Of a stretch of 37,049 bases of DNA, positions 26,599 through 36,472 are shown piece after piece. The notes below the pieces were generated by a model. That model made no database searches, had not been told where the DNA came from, and worked only from the letters and a program-made list of their open reading frames with translations. A program made the position numbers and the translations under genes. Location of the stretch: contig JARRQT010000002.1 of assembly GCA_037381445.1 (NCBI GenBank), positions 1 to 37,049 on the forward strand, written 5' to 3'. Within the stretch, counting starts at the first letter, position 1; each line of letters begins with the position of its first letter. The DNA is from Calditrichia bacterium. GTDB taxonomy: Bacteria > Calditrichota > Calditrichia > RBG-13-44-9.

Positions 26599-27864
26599 CT
26601 AGGCGGGTTCGCCCTTTTCAGCCCAGATCTGTACCAGATTGACAATCGTCTCCACCGCTTTTTCCATATCCTGAACCGATATCCATTCCCGCTTGCTGTG
26701 GAAGTTGTGTCCCCCCGTGAAAATATTTGGTGTCGGCAGGTCCATATAGGAAAGTCGCGAGCCGTCCGTTCCTCCCCGGATCAGGCTCTTCAGCGCAGAC
26801 AATCCGCTGCGTTTCACGGCCTCCATGGCGTAATCCACCACAAAGGGGAATTTGTCAAGAATGTATTTCATGTTGCGATAGGACTCATCAACCTTGAAAT
26901 CTGCTGTAGCCTTCGGATATTCCTTCAGCACCTCATTCATTAAATTTTCCAGAAAGCTTTCCTTCTCTTTCAAGCCTTCCACAGTAAAATCCCGGATTAA
27001 AAATTTGATGTCCGTTGTTTCCACACTGCCGCTGAAAGCATGGGGATGGATATATCCCTCCCGCTTTTCAGTGGTTTCCGGCGAAAGGGAGTCCTTGGGA
27101 AGACGGCTGACAATGTCGCAGCCGATCTTAATTCCGCTGACCAGTTTATTCTTCGCATACCCGGGGTGCATGTTTACCCCATTAATCTTAATAGTAACGG
27201 TATCTGCGCAGAATGTCTCGTCTTCTATTTCGCCGGCAGTTTCGCCGTCAATGGTGTAGGCGAATTTTGCACCGAACTGTTTCACATCAAAATATTGAGT
27301 TCCGGTGCCGACTTCTTCATCCACTGTAAAAGCAACTTTTATTTCGCCATGCGGAATTTCCGGATTGTTGATGAGATAGTCCATGGCGGTCATTATTTCG
27401 GCACAGCCGGCTTTATTATCGGCGCCGAGAAGGGTGGTGCCGTCTGAGGTAACGATGTCATGATCGACACAATTTTTCAGCGCCGGATCGGTTTCCGGTT
27501 TGATAACCTGCGTTTTGTCTTTGGAAAGGACAATTTCGCCACCCTTATAATTTTTATGAATCTCGGGCTGAACATTTTCTCCGCTCACTTCCGGCGAGGT
27601 ATCCACATGAGCGATGAAGCCGATGGCCGGCACTTTGTGGGAATGGCTAGCAGGCAGATTAGAGGGGAGAGTTCCGAAAACGTAACCATGTTCGGTCATT
27701 TCCGTGTTTTTCAATCCAAGATCTTTAATCTGCTCTAATAAAAGTCGGGACAGATTGAGCTGTTTTTCGGTGCTGGGGTATGTATCGGAATTCTCATCGG
27801 ATTGGGTATCGATTTTAACATATTTCAAGAAACGTTCCAAAAGTCGATCGATGGGTACCTGCAT
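26599..27864 (-). CDS. pepT: peptidase T (tripeptide aminopeptidase, M20B)
   Basis: RFLKYVKIDTQSD, FIAHVDT, TLLGADNKAG, TVDEEVG, IRGGTDG, GGHNFHS. Confidence 0.96.
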   Translation of the reverse strand: MQVPIDRLLERFLKYVKIDTQSDENSDTYPSTEKQLNLSRLLLEQIKDLGLKNTEMTEHGYVFGTLPSNLPASHSHKVPAIGFIAHVDTSPEVSGENVQPEIHKNYKGGEIVLSKDKTQVIKPETDPALKNCVDHDIVTSDGTTLLGADNKAGCAEIMTAMDYLINNPEIPHGEIKVAFTVDEEVGTGTQYFDVKQFGAKFAYTIDGETAGEIEDETFCADTVTIKINGVNMHPGYAKNKLVSGIKIGCDIVSRLPKDSLSPETTEKREGYIHPHAFSGSVETTDIKFLIRDFTVEGLKEKESFLENLMNEVLKEYPKATADFKVDESYRNMKYILDKFPFVVDYAMEAVKRSGLSALKSLIRGGTDGSRLSYMDLPTPNIFTGGHNFHSKREWISVQDMEKAVETIVNLVQIWAEKGEPA

Positions 27865-28033
27865 GGCTTCCTCCTGCTTGGTTGAATGGTTTAATCTTCT
27901 CTTATTTTAAAAGATAATATAAATGAATAGTGAATAAAACTCTTTTGATAAATCATGGAATGTGGTACATTTTGAATAGGGTGAAACATCCCGAAAAGAC
28001 TGACGTAAATTGTCAAAAAATGGAGGAAGTTGT

Positions 28034-28288
28034 ATGGAAGTTCTGCTGGCAATTCTGATCGTCATCGGACTTTTGGTGGGACTAAAAATATTTGTGTGGT
28101 TCCTGAAGGCCGGCATATTTATGATTGTGCTTCCCATTAAAATTATTCTTGGTGCGGTGCTGGGATCCGTTTTTCTGCTACTATTGCCGCTGCTTTTTCT
28201 GCCCGCGCTGGTTGGCCTGCTGCTTCCTTTAATTCCTATCCTTCTTTTGGCGCTGGGGGTTGTTTTTGTTGTAAAATACGTGGTGTGA
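28034..28288 (+). CDS. small hydrophobic membrane protein
   Basis: GGAGG RBS, ATG 28034, 84 aa made almost entirely of Leu/Ile/Val/Phe/Gly/Pro. Confidence 0.7.
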   Translation: MEVLLAILIVIGLLVGLKIFVWFLKAGIFMIVLPIKIILGAVLGSVFLLLLPLLFLPALVGLLLPLIPILLLALGVVFVVKYVV

Positions 28289-28416
28289 TTTCAGTCAAGC
28301 CGGAAGAGGGATGCTAATCACCTGACTTTCTTGCTAAGGCCGCAAGCTGACAGATGTAATATCCGTCAAAATATTTTATCCGTTTGCACAGCTATTCCGG
28401 GATTAACTCTGGTATC

Positions 28417-28884
28417 CTAAAAATATTTATCTTTGATTTCCGAAATAACCTTATCCGCGGACGTCTTAACAGGCTCCGATAATTGGTTTTCCATCTCGAC
28501 CTTTAAGGGCTGTATGCCGAAAAAATCCAGCCGCGCTTTTTGAAACAGAGGATTCACCTTCTCCAACAGGCGGAGAGAATCAATAACCGAAATGAGGTGG
28601 GCGGATTTGCTTTCGCCCGGGAATTTCAGCGTTTCTTCTTTGTTAAAATGGAATATCGTTCCCGCATCCCTTTTCCCGTCAACCGCATCGACAATGACGA
28701 TGATATCCTCGTCCTCAAGGAAAGAGAGAAGTTTTAGCACATCAGTCCCGCAATCAGCCAGCTTAACATTCTCAGGAACAGGCATTTTTTTCAGCTCATC
28801 AATTACATAGACGCCGACGCCGTCGTCCGCGAGCAGCGGATTGCCGACCCCGACAATCAGAATTTTTCTCTCCGGATTATTCAT
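28417..28884 (-). CDS. hydrogenase maturation endopeptidase (HyaD/HybD/FrhD-like)
   Basis: VGVGNPLLADDGVG, DCGT, IVDAV, SAH, GIQP. Confidence 0.9.
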   Translation of the reverse strand: MNNPERKILIVGVGNPLLADDGVGVYVIDELKKMPVPENVKLADCGTDVLKLLSFLEDEDIIVIVDAVDGKRDAGTIFHFNKEETLKFPGESKSAHLISVIDSLRLLEKVNPLFQKARLDFFGIQPLKVEMENQLSEPVKTSADKVISEIKDKYF

Positions 28885-28888
28885 TCGT

Positions 28889-29365
28889 TTATAACTCCCT
28901 CTGGTGATAATAATTTAGAATCTGGACGGCAAGCATTCGTACCGTATTTTCAACCGTTTCGCTCCAATTTTCTCCCAATTGCAGCGAGACCGGCTCGATG
29001 CCGAGAAAATAGTCCGGTATGTCGTTAACCGGTTTCAGAAATTCCACCAGCACGGATGGCGAGAAATTATGGGTTGAAATCGCGAACCGGGATATCTCCT
29101 CGGTGCTGAATATCTTCCACTCGCCCGGCTGCCCGCCCCAGTGAACGACATCCGCCCACAGGCGCATTTTGCCGGGCATTCCCGCGATTTTATAAAGATA
29201 GTTCTCGGGAGCGCTGTGAACCGCCAGGCAGTTTGAATAACCGCCCTGCTGCAGCAGCCTGATGAACTCCACGCCAGCGCGGTCGTCTCCCCTCAGGGTA
29301 TTGCCGATACCGATGATCAGGGGATCGAAAGACAGTATTTCCTTCAGTATTTCGCTATCATCCAT
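28889..29365 (-). CDS. hydrogenase maturation endopeptidase (HycI-like)
   Basis: GIGNTLRGDDRAG, APEN, ISTHN, LGIEP. Confidence 0.85.
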   Translation of the reverse strand: MDDSEILKEILSFDPLIIGIGNTLRGDDRAGVEFIRLLQQGGYSNCLAVHSAPENYLYKIAGMPGKMRLWADVVHWGGQPGEWKIFSTEEISRFAISTHNFSPSVLVEFLKPVNDIPDYFLGIEPVSLQLGENWSETVENTVRMLAVQILNYYHQREL

Positions 29366-29391
29366 TAAAATTTCAAATAATATTTTGCGTC

Positions 29392-29408
29392 ATTTCTGAA
29401 CTGGTTTC
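29392..29408. repeat. 17-bp intergenic direct repeat, copy 1
   Basis: ATTTCTGAACTGGTTTC, 16/17 identical to 36473-36489. Confidence 0.45.
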
Positions 29409-29468
29409 CGAAACCGGCTTAATAACGGCTAAAAATAATCAGCCAGGAACGTCAAATCCATATCAAAT

Positions 29469-29504
29469 AAAAAAGCCATAGGACAGAAGGATGTCATATG
29501 GCTT
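29469..29504 (-). terminator. probable terminator ending the hydrogenase-Mrp structural operon
   Basis: On the minus strand AAGCCATA...TATGGCTT hairpin running into a T-tract, 30 nt after the Fe-S subunit stop. Confidence 0.55.
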
Positions 29505-29533
29505 CTGAAATGAAAACTCGAAATGAGAATACG

Positions 29534-30145
29534 CTACCCCCATTCCTCCTTCAGCAAAATATTGCGGCGGCATTCGGGACAGGTGACCCGCATGATATCC
29601 CACCGCCCGATTGGCCTTTCATCCCGCTGCGATATTCCGTCGGTTAAGGCTATTTCTCCGGTGCGGGTTAAATAGAGAGTGGGATTGGAATAGGCAATTG
29701 CGCCAAGTTTACGGTATAAATGACGCAACTGCCCTTTGGGTGCGATCACTTTTCCGCATACATCGCACAAAACCAGCTCGTGCTCGATTATCTCCCTGGC
29801 ATCATCGGCTTCAAAAAAGGAAAGCTCATATTCCTGGGATAGCCGGATTCCCTTCTCTGTGGTACAATTTAATTGGCACTCCCCGCAGAAGATGCAATTA
29901 CCATAGTTGCAGGTCAAGCGGCGGACCGGCTTTCCTTCATATAATATATCCTCAACTTTTATGGCACGCGCCGGACAGACTTCGGCGCAGGCGCCGCAGC
30001 CGATGCAGAATTCCGAATTATATTTGGGCGCAGCCCGGAGCGTTTCCGGAACCGGAGTCGGTTCCTTTGGAAAGGGGTGCGTGTAGGGACCCTTGAAGAT
30101 TGCGGTAACGGCTTCTTTTAATTCTCTCACTTTTGGTAGATACAT
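29534..30145 (-). CDS. 2[4Fe-4S] ferredoxin subunit (NuoI/HycF/MbhN-like)
   Basis: GPYTHPFP, CIGCGACAEVCP, CIFCGECQLNC, plus extra CDVC and CPEC; AGGAGG RBS. Confidence 0.9.
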   Translation of the reverse strand: MYLPKVRELKEAVTAIFKGPYTHPFPKEPTPVPETLRAAPKYNSEFCIGCGACAEVCPARAIKVEDILYEGKPVRRLTCNYGNCIFCGECQLNCTTEKGIRLSQEYELSFFEADDAREIIEHELVLCDVCGKVIAPKGQLRHLYRKLGAIAYSNPTLYLTRTGEIALTDGISQRDERPIGRWDIMRVTCPECRRNILLKEEWG

Positions 30146-30193
30146 TCCGATCCTCCTGGGAGAGTGCTAAATCTTTCTGATATATCAAATATT

Positions 30194-30529
30194 TTATATG
30201 GATTTCTGCCGGGTGTCGTCGCGGTATTTATCCGTGATGCTACGATCCCACAGCGGAAAACCGGCGCGGTGGGAACCCCGGGAGATCGCATGCGCTGCGG
30301 TGGGTGCCGTCATCAGAATGAAGGCAATGCATAAAATTGCTTTTATTGAAATGCTGTTCCAGCCGAAATGGAAGACAAGGGCCGCCAGAATCAAAATGGT
30401 GCCCAGCGTGACGCATTTTGTGCTGGCCTGCAAGCGGTTATAGATGTCCGGAAAACGGATCAGCCCGATGCAGCCGGCGAAATTGAAAAACAGCCCGACT
30501 GAAATAAGAATGACGACCGTGCTACTCAT
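30194..30529 (-). CDS. mnhG: Mrp antiporter subunit G (MnhG/MbhC-like)
   Basis: GLIRFPDIYNRLQASTKCVTLG, TAPTAAHAISR; ATG 30529 overlaps the mnhF stop. Confidence 0.9.
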   Translation of the reverse strand: MSSTVVILISVGLFFNFAGCIGLIRFPDIYNRLQASTKCVTLGTILILAALVFHFGWNSISIKAILCIAFILMTAPTAAHAISRGSHRAGFPLWDRSITDKYRDDTRQKSI

Positions 30530-30776
30530 CGAAAGTCCTCCCTTCCAGATATTTGGCGAGGGCGGTGGTGCCGATGAAAGAGAGCAGCGCCCAGGCAATC
30601 GCGACATTCATGTACAGATCCTTTCCGGTGTAAAGGGAAAGGATGGCGCAAAATCCCACCATCAAAATGCCCAGAATGTCGATGGCCACGGTGCGGTCCG
30701 GCGGGGTAGGGCCCGCCCCCACGCGGTATAAACAAAAAAATGCGCATAGCAGCAGAAGAATAACGAAAACGACCAT
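30522..30776 (-). CDS. mnhF: Mrp antiporter subunit F (MnhF/MbhB-like)
   Basis: YRVGAGPTPPDRTVAID, LLSFIGTTALAKYL. Confidence 0.9.
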   Translation of the reverse strand: MVVFVILLLLCAFFCLYRVGAGPTPPDRTVAIDILGILMVGFCAILSLYTGKDLYMNVAIAWALLSFIGTTALAKYLEGRTFDE

Positions 30777-30831
30777 TTTATCTCCGGAATTAACGTTGTT
30801 TTACAGCAATACTGCAGATGGAAACCAATTT

Positions 30832-31317
30832 TTAATCAAATATTCTTTTCAGAAACCACTCAAATTTTTTGACAATCAATTCCGTCTCGATTTCGGGATC
30901 CTCGGAAATGATATTTATCCAGTGTACATACAGATTATTTTCAATACAGTCTATGGTCAGCGTGCCGGGAGTCAGGGTAATGGAATTGGCCAGAAAGGTC
31001 TTGGCAACTTCGCTTTGCAGCGAGGTTTTCACCCGGACGATTCCAGGACGGATCGGCATTTCGGGATGGAAAACGCGGTAAGCGACATCAAAATTTGATT
31101 TGATGACCTGCCAGAAAAAAACCGGCAGGTAAATAATTGCCCAGAATAATCTGCGGGGATCGAGGATGCGCGTGAACTCAGGGGGTAGTAAATTGCTGAA
31201 AAGCAATACGCCCAGCAGGGAAACCAATCCCCCGGCAATCAGATCCGGCAGGGACAGCGACCAGGTCAGGGCCACCCAAATGAGCAGCATGATAATAAAA
31301 TCGAATATTTTTTTCAT
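30832..31317 (-). CDS. mnhE: Mrp antiporter subunit E (MnhE/MbhA-like)
   Basis: SNFDVA, PIRPGIV, LANSITLTPGTLT, LYVHWI. Confidence 0.92.
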   Translation of the reverse strand: MKKIFDFIIMLLIWVALTWSLSLPDLIAGGLVSLLGVLLFSNLLPPEFTRILDPRRLFWAIIYLPVFFWQVIKSNFDVAYRVFHPEMPIRPGIVRVKTSLQSEVAKTFLANSITLTPGTLTIDCIENNLYVHWINIISEDPEIETELIVKKFEWFLKRIFD

Positions 31318-31375
31318 TTTGCACGCTCCGGCAAACCGGTTTTACAGGTTGTATGGAAAGGGATAACTCATGTTT

Positions 31376-32848
31376 TTATGGCATGGCAAACTGCAGATAT
31401 TGACCAGGCTCCAGAATTAAATTGCGGGCACTTTCCAGAATGGCCGGTCCGTAGAACGGATATAATACTCCCAGTCCGACGCACATGACCGCCAGGATCA
31501 CCACACCGGCCACCATGAACACGGGCGCTTCTTTAATACCCTGCAGGCGCTCGGGGAGATTTCCGAAAAGGGAGTATTTTTGAACTTTGATGAACGAAAT
31601 CAGGGTCATGAAACTGACAAAAACGGTTACCGCCCCCAGGAAATAGAATTTCGCCTGAAAGAGCGCCACAATAATAATCAGTTTGCTCCAGAAGCCGTTG
31701 AAAGGAGGAACACCGGAAATCGAAAGCGCAGCAATAGAGCAACTGCCCCCCGTCCAGGGCATTTTTCGAATAAGGCCGCCAAGCTGTTTCAGTTGTCTCG
31801 TTCCGGTAGTATATTCAAAAGCGCCCGAGCACAGGAAGAGCAGCGATTTGAACACGGCGTGATTCAACAGGTGGAACAAACCGCCCAGAATACCCAGCGG
31901 CGTGGCAAGGCCGATACCCACCATCACATATCCCATCTGGCTGATACTGTGATATGCCAGCAGGCGCTTGAAGTCCCATTGGCCCACCGCCAGAAAAACG
32001 CCGATAACCATGGAGAGTCCGCCCAGCGTCATCATGATGGTCTTAACGATTGGGACGATGCCCAGGATGATAAAAAAGACCCGAATCAGTGCATAAATGC
32101 CGAGCGCTTTGATGATCAGCCCGGAAAGCATGGCCGATATGGGAGCCGGTGCTGAGGGGTGGGCATCGGGGAGCCAGGCGTGGAAGGGAACCATGGCGGA
32201 TTTCAGACCAAATCCCATCAGGAACAAAGCGAAAATGAAAAACAGCAGTCCGTGGGAGATACCGTGCCGCAGCGCTGCAGCCATATCCGCCATATTTAAA
32301 GTGCCGGTGGCCGCATACAGCAGCGCGATGGCCAGCAAAATGATAGTGGAAGAGACGCCTCCCAGCACCAGGTATTTGAAGGATGCTTCCAGTTCCTCCG
32401 CCTCCACCCCAAAAGCCACCAGGGCATAGGAAGCGATGGATGCAATTTCCAGAAAGACAAAGAGATTAAACATGTCTCCGGTCAGCACCACGCCATTCAT
32501 ACCTGCGATCATCAACAGATAAAGTGAATAAAATTTGCTCTGGGCGGTGTATTGCTGCATGTAGGGGATCGCAAACAGGGTGACTGCCAGACTGATGACC
32601 GATACAATAAGCGCCAGCAGCTGGCTCAGCGGGTCCCACACCAGCGTGATGCCCAGCGGCGGAGTCCAGTTCCCCATGCTATAATAGAAGGCTGCATGGC
32701 CCAGAAATCGCAGCGCGAGCCATAACTGGAAAACAACCGCCGCAAGGACCAGGAAAGGTGAAATCCGCTTTATAAATTTGGAAAGCAATAGATTAATGAA
32801 AGCCATGCCCAATGGGACAGCAACAAAGAGTGGAAGCCAGTTTTCCAT
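31376..32848 (-). CDS. mnhD: Mrp antiporter subunit D-like proton-translocating subunit (MnhD/MbhH-like)
   Basis: GNWTPPLGI, TGDMFNLFVFLEI, KSAMVPFHAWLPDAHP, KRLLAYHSISQMGY, PPFNGFWSK. Confidence 0.9.
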   Translation of the reverse strand: MENWLPLFVAVPLGMAFINLLLSKFIKRISPFLVLAAVVFQLWLALRFLGHAAFYYSMGNWTPPLGITLVWDPLSQLLALIVSVISLAVTLFAIPYMQQYTAQSKFYSLYLLMIAGMNGVVLTGDMFNLFVFLEIASIASYALVAFGVEAEELEASFKYLVLGGVSSTIILLAIALLYAATGTLNMADMAAALRHGISHGLLFFIFALFLMGFGLKSAMVPFHAWLPDAHPSAPAPISAMLSGLIIKALGIYALIRVFFIILGIVPIVKTIMMTLGGLSMVIGVFLAVGQWDFKRLLAYHSISQMGYVMVGIGLATPLGILGGLFHLLNHAVFKSLLFLCSGAFEYTTGTRQLKQLGGLIRKMPWTGGSCSIAALSISGVPPFNGFWSKLIIIVALFQAKFYFLGAVTVFVSFMTLISFIKVQKYSLFGNLPERLQGIKEAPVFMVAGVVILAVMCVGLGVLYPFYGPAILESARNLILEPGQYLQFAMP

Positions 32849-32918
32849 GAATTTACCTCATATCAAAAGAAAGGATTTTTGCGGACAGACATTGCAGATC
32901 ATTTCCAAACGCTTCTTT

Positions 32919-33269
32919 TTATCCCCGCAGCCTGCGGATTTCGCTCATATCAAAGGTTTTATATTTTTCATAAAGACGAAGGGATATGGCGACCATCAGG
33001 GCCAGCACCCCTAGCCCGATAACAATGGAGGTCAGTACCAGCGCCTGAGGCAGGGGATCGACGCTTTGCTGTACAAATGTTGCCTTGCTCATTTCAGGCA
33101 GAAGAATGGGCGGGATTCCGCCACCTTTATAGCCCAGCAAAACAATGAAAAGGTTGATCGCGTATTCCATAATCACCATCCCGATGATTTTTTTGACCAG
33201 GTGCTTTTTCGCGATCAGGCAGTACAATCCCAGAACAAAAAGGATGGAGTTTAAAAAGTAAATAAGCAT
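32919..33269 (-). CDS. mnhC: Mrp antiporter subunit C (MnhC/MbhG-like)
   Basis: LVKKIIG, VDPLPQALVLTSIVIG. Confidence 0.92.
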   Translation of the reverse strand: MLIYFLNSILFVLGLYCLIAKKHLVKKIIGMVIMEYAINLFIVLLGYKGGGIPPILLPEMSKATFVQQSVDPLPQALVLTSIVIGLGVLALMVAISLRLYEKYKTFDMSEIRRLRG

Positions 33270-33296
33270 AAATTATCCTGAATTTTATCAGTTGGA

Positions 33297-33752
33297 TTAA
33301 TCTTCCTCTTCGGATTCAGCCAGACCGGAGACGAAACGGCCGAAAATGGTCAGCGCCAGAAATACCGCAAAAACGCTGGCAAAAACCTTGACTCCTATGG
33401 CGATGTTGTTGATCAGAATCGTGCCGGAACTCAGCAGTCCAAAGGGATTTTTCTTTTCAATGAAATTAATAAAAAAGTACCCACCGGTATAGCCCAGCAG
33501 GGCGACCAGCCAGAAGGTAAAGGCGCCCAGATTATCCAGCATGCTTGCCCAGAAGTCACTCAATTTACCCAGTGAAGTCTCCTTGCCGAAGGCCAGGGTG
33601 AGCAGGATAAATCCGCAGGCCAGCATGATGCCTCCGGCAAATCCGCCGCCCGGCGTGAGGTGCCCGTAAAATGTAATATAGATGCCGAACAGGAATATGA
33701 CCCCGATTAAAAGCCGGGTCACCGTTTTGACAATAAAACTCATGCCTTGCAT
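33297..33752 (-). CDS. mnhB: Mrp antiporter subunit B domain (MnhB/MbhF-like)
   Basis: YGHLTPGGGFAGG, SSGTI, IGVKV; ATG 33752 after AAGGA (ORF opens at TTG 33767). Confidence 0.9.
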   Translation of the reverse strand: MQGMSFIVKTVTRLLIGVIFLFGIYITFYGHLTPGGGFAGGIMLACGFILLTLAFGKETSLGKLSDFWASMLDNLGAFTFWLVALLGYTGGYFFINFIEKKNPFGLLSSGTILINNIAIGVKVFASVFAVFLALTIFGRFVSGLAESEEED

Positions 33753-33795
33753 TTTATTTTCCTTCAATAATTGTCAGGTCTATAGGCACTGCGGA

Positions 33796-34416
33796 TTAAA
33801 TCACGGTATCGGAAAGGTCTTCTTTTTCCAGGGCAGCCGATTTCTGCAGCTCTTCGCTGAAGGGAATTCCCACTTTCACCATGTCTGCTTCTTCCTTTTT
33901 CTTTTTGCCTTTCACCCGCAGTACCATAAATGCACCCAGGATTGCGGTGAAGATAACGGTGGCCTCTCCCAGCGTATCATAGGCCCGGTAATCCAGCAGA
34001 ATTCCCATGATGACATTGGAGGCGCCGGTATCCTGCACGCTGTTTTCCAGGTAGCGGGAGGAGACAGTCATCAGAGGTTCGCCAAAGGCGGGCAGTCCCC
34101 GAAAAGCCATGAAAGCGAACACCAGGAACAGCCCGAAGAAAATGAGGCTGCTCAGGATGGCAAAAGTGTCCTGATGGGTTATAATGGAGGTGTTATCGAT
34201 GGAAACGGTGGACCGGATCAGGATGATCAGCACAATAATTTCCACCACCACCTGCACAATGGCAATGTCGGGCGCCCCCAAAAAGAGGAACATAATGGAA
34301 AGTCCCATGCCCACCACGCCCGCCGAGATAACGGAGGCCAGTATATTTTTGGCCTCGATGGCAATAATGGAACCGATGATGCAGAAAATCAAAAGGGAAT
34401 AGAATACAAAAAGCAT
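33796..34416 (-). CDS. fused MbhD (DUF4040) / MbhE-like membrane subunit
   Basis: LGAPDIAIVQ (MbhD-like) and TGASNVIMGILLDYRAYDTLGEATVIF (MbhE-like). Confidence 0.85.
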   Translation of the reverse strand: MLFVFYSLLIFCIIGSIIAIEAKNILASVISAGVVGMGLSIMFLFLGAPDIAIVQVVVEIIVLIILIRSTVSIDNTSIITHQDTFAILSSLIFFGLFLVFAFMAFRGLPAFGEPLMTVSSRYLENSVQDTGASNVIMGILLDYRAYDTLGEATVIFTAILGAFMVLRVKGKKKKEEADMVKVGIPFSEELQKSAALEKEDLSDTVI

Positions 34417-34527
34417 TTCGCCGCCCTTATTTTAAATTGGATATTTTTGTGAAAAGGTCCTTAACCAGGAGCCGGAAACCCGATTTTTACACGGCTATCA
34501 AATATCTGTGGTTAGCATCGGAGCGAG

Positions 34528-36399
34528 CTAAAGAACCATCAGGACGAAACTGAGTACGCCGAGCCCGATGACGCACCAGGCCAGATAGGTTGACAGAACG
34601 CCGTCGTGCAATTTTTTCAGGACGCCGACAAAGATCAGTCCGAAATCGCCGCTCAGGTTGTAGATATCGAGGATGCCCTTGTTGCTCTCTTTGAGGAACC
34701 CGCCAATCACGCCCATTCTTTCCAGGAATTCATAAAAATTTCCTGCCAGCGAGCGTTCGCGGTCCACCACAAATTTTTCTCCGCCGATAAAAATGGTTTC
34801 GGTGCTTCTGGTGCGCCGGCGGCTCAAAAAATAGAATACGGCTCCGATGATCAATCCGAAGATCAGCAGGATGGTGGCGATGGTCGGATTCCAGAAGGCG
34901 GTGCCGATATTGATGGAATGCAGCACGCTGCCGAATTTAATATCCAGGATGGGCCCGATATACTGGTTGATGGGATATTGTGCAAACAGACCAAAGCCGA
35001 TGCACAGCAGCGAGAGAATTACCATGGGGACCAGCATGGTCCAGTGGACTTCTTTTATACCCCTCGGGGCCGCGGATTTTGAAGCCGATTCGCTGCGGAA
35101 CCGCTCACCCATGAAAGGGCCGTAGAGCAGCTTCAAGAAACTGGCCAGCGTCAGCGCGCTTCCAAACATGGCCACCGCCAGAAAAACCATGTAGATCCAG
35201 CTCCTTCCTTCCACCAGCCCCTGGTAAATCATCCACTTCGAAACAAATCCATTAAAGGGCGGGACACCGGAAATGGAGAGAGACGCCACCAGGCAGGCCA
35301 GAAAGGTCACCGGCATGTATTTCCCGAGGCCGCCGAGTTTATCTACATCCGTGGTGCCGGTCTGGCGTTCCACAGCGCCGGCGGAGAAAAACAGGCTGCT
35401 TTTATAGATGGCATGGTTCAGCATGTGGAAAAGTCCGCCGGCGATCCCGATGGGATTTCCTGTCCCGATTCCCAGCACCATATAGCCCACCTGGCTGATG
35501 GCGTGATAGGAAAGCAGCCGTTTGAGATCGTGCTGAACCACCGCAATCAGCACCGCGACAATAATGGTGAGCGCTCCAATGACCATAATGAGTATGGAGA
35601 TGGAGGAACCGATGGGAATGGAAAAAACATTCAGGGTGATCAGTGCCAGCAGGTAAATGCCCAGCAGTTTGTCCAGTGAAGCCGGCAGAAAAGCAATGAC
35701 CGGCAGCGGTCCGCTTTGCGCGGCCGGAGGTATCCAGGAATGGAAGGGAATGGCGCCGGCCTTGGCAATGGCGGCGATAAACATCAGCAGAAAAATGACA
35801 ATGGCAAAGGGAGTATTCAGCACAATGTGCAGTTCACTGATTTTCCAGCTTCCGTAAATAAGGGGAAGTGCCACCACAGCCAGAAGGAGCGCCACATCGG
35901 TGAATCCCAGCATAGCGAAGGTTTTTCCGGCAGCCATGGAAGCCGCTTTGCCCTGGCCCATGGCAATCAGGAAGAAAAGCAGGAGCGTCACAAATTCCCA
36001 GCCGAGCAGGAGCACAAAGAAGTTGTTCGCCAGAACAATGCCGGAGGCGCCGCACAGCGTCCATAAAACGAAGGGGAAATAGAGCTGGGATATGCTCTTT
36101 TTCCGGAAATAGCCTGTTGAATAAAGAGCGGTCAGCAGGGTAAACAGTCCCAGAAAAATCAGTAAAAATTTGGAAAAATGGACCAGCCGGAAATCGAGGG
36201 AAAAATCCAGCGGGGGAATGCTGAACCAGGGAATCCGCAGCGTCTCGTCCGGCAGGGAAAATGCGCGGAAACTGAGGAAAAGGAATAAAGAAGCGGCGAG
36301 AATGGCAATGGCTTCCTGGGCATATTTTATTTTCCGGGGAATAATCAGGCATAGAAGGCCGGCAGCGGCTGGAAGGTAGATGAATGTCAACAGGTTCAT
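34528..36399 (-). CDS. second antiporter-like proton-translocating subunit (NuoL/MrpA/HyfB family)
   Basis: 623 aa; GWEF, AKAGAIPFHSWIP, DKLLGIY, KRLLSYHAISQVGY, PPFNGFVSKW, C-terminal KLHDG..STY helix. Confidence 0.88.
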   Translation of the reverse strand: MNLLTFIYLPAAAGLLCLIIPRKIKYAQEAIAILAASLFLFLSFRAFSLPDETLRIPWFSIPPLDFSLDFRLVHFSKFLLIFLGLFTLLTALYSTGYFRKKSISQLYFPFVLWTLCGASGIVLANNFFVLLLGWEFVTLLLFFLIAMGQGKAASMAAGKTFAMLGFTDVALLLAVVALPLIYGSWKISELHIVLNTPFAIVIFLLMFIAAIAKAGAIPFHSWIPPAAQSGPLPVIAFLPASLDKLLGIYLLALITLNVFSIPIGSSISILIMVIGALTIIVAVLIAVVQHDLKRLLSYHAISQVGYMVLGIGTGNPIGIAGGLFHMLNHAIYKSSLFFSAGAVERQTGTTDVDKLGGLGKYMPVTFLACLVASLSISGVPPFNGFVSKWMIYQGLVEGRSWIYMVFLAVAMFGSALTLASFLKLLYGPFMGERFRSESASKSAAPRGIKEVHWTMLVPMVILSLLCIGFGLFAQYPINQYIGPILDIKFGSVLHSINIGTAFWNPTIATILLIFGLIIGAVFYFLSRRRTRSTETIFIGGEKFVVDRERSLAGNFYEFLERMGVIGGFLKESNKGILDIYNLSGDFGLIFVGVLKKLHDGVLSTYLAWCVIGLGVLSFVLMVL

Positions 36400-36472
36400 A
36401 AAAAGCGCTCCTGTTCATCGGGTATTATTGTTATGAAATTATATTCAAAGAGCGGAGAATTATCTTATGATT

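Noticed and set aside
28289..28416. Hairpin TGACAGAT...ATCCGTCA between convergent genes
   Set aside because: Imperfect stem with no adjacent U-tract on the better-paired strand; not called as a terminator or ncRNA.
33682..36418. Long overlapping ORFs such as 33682-34452 (+) and 35834-36418 (-)
   Set aside because: Shadows of hydrophobic Mrp subunit genes.
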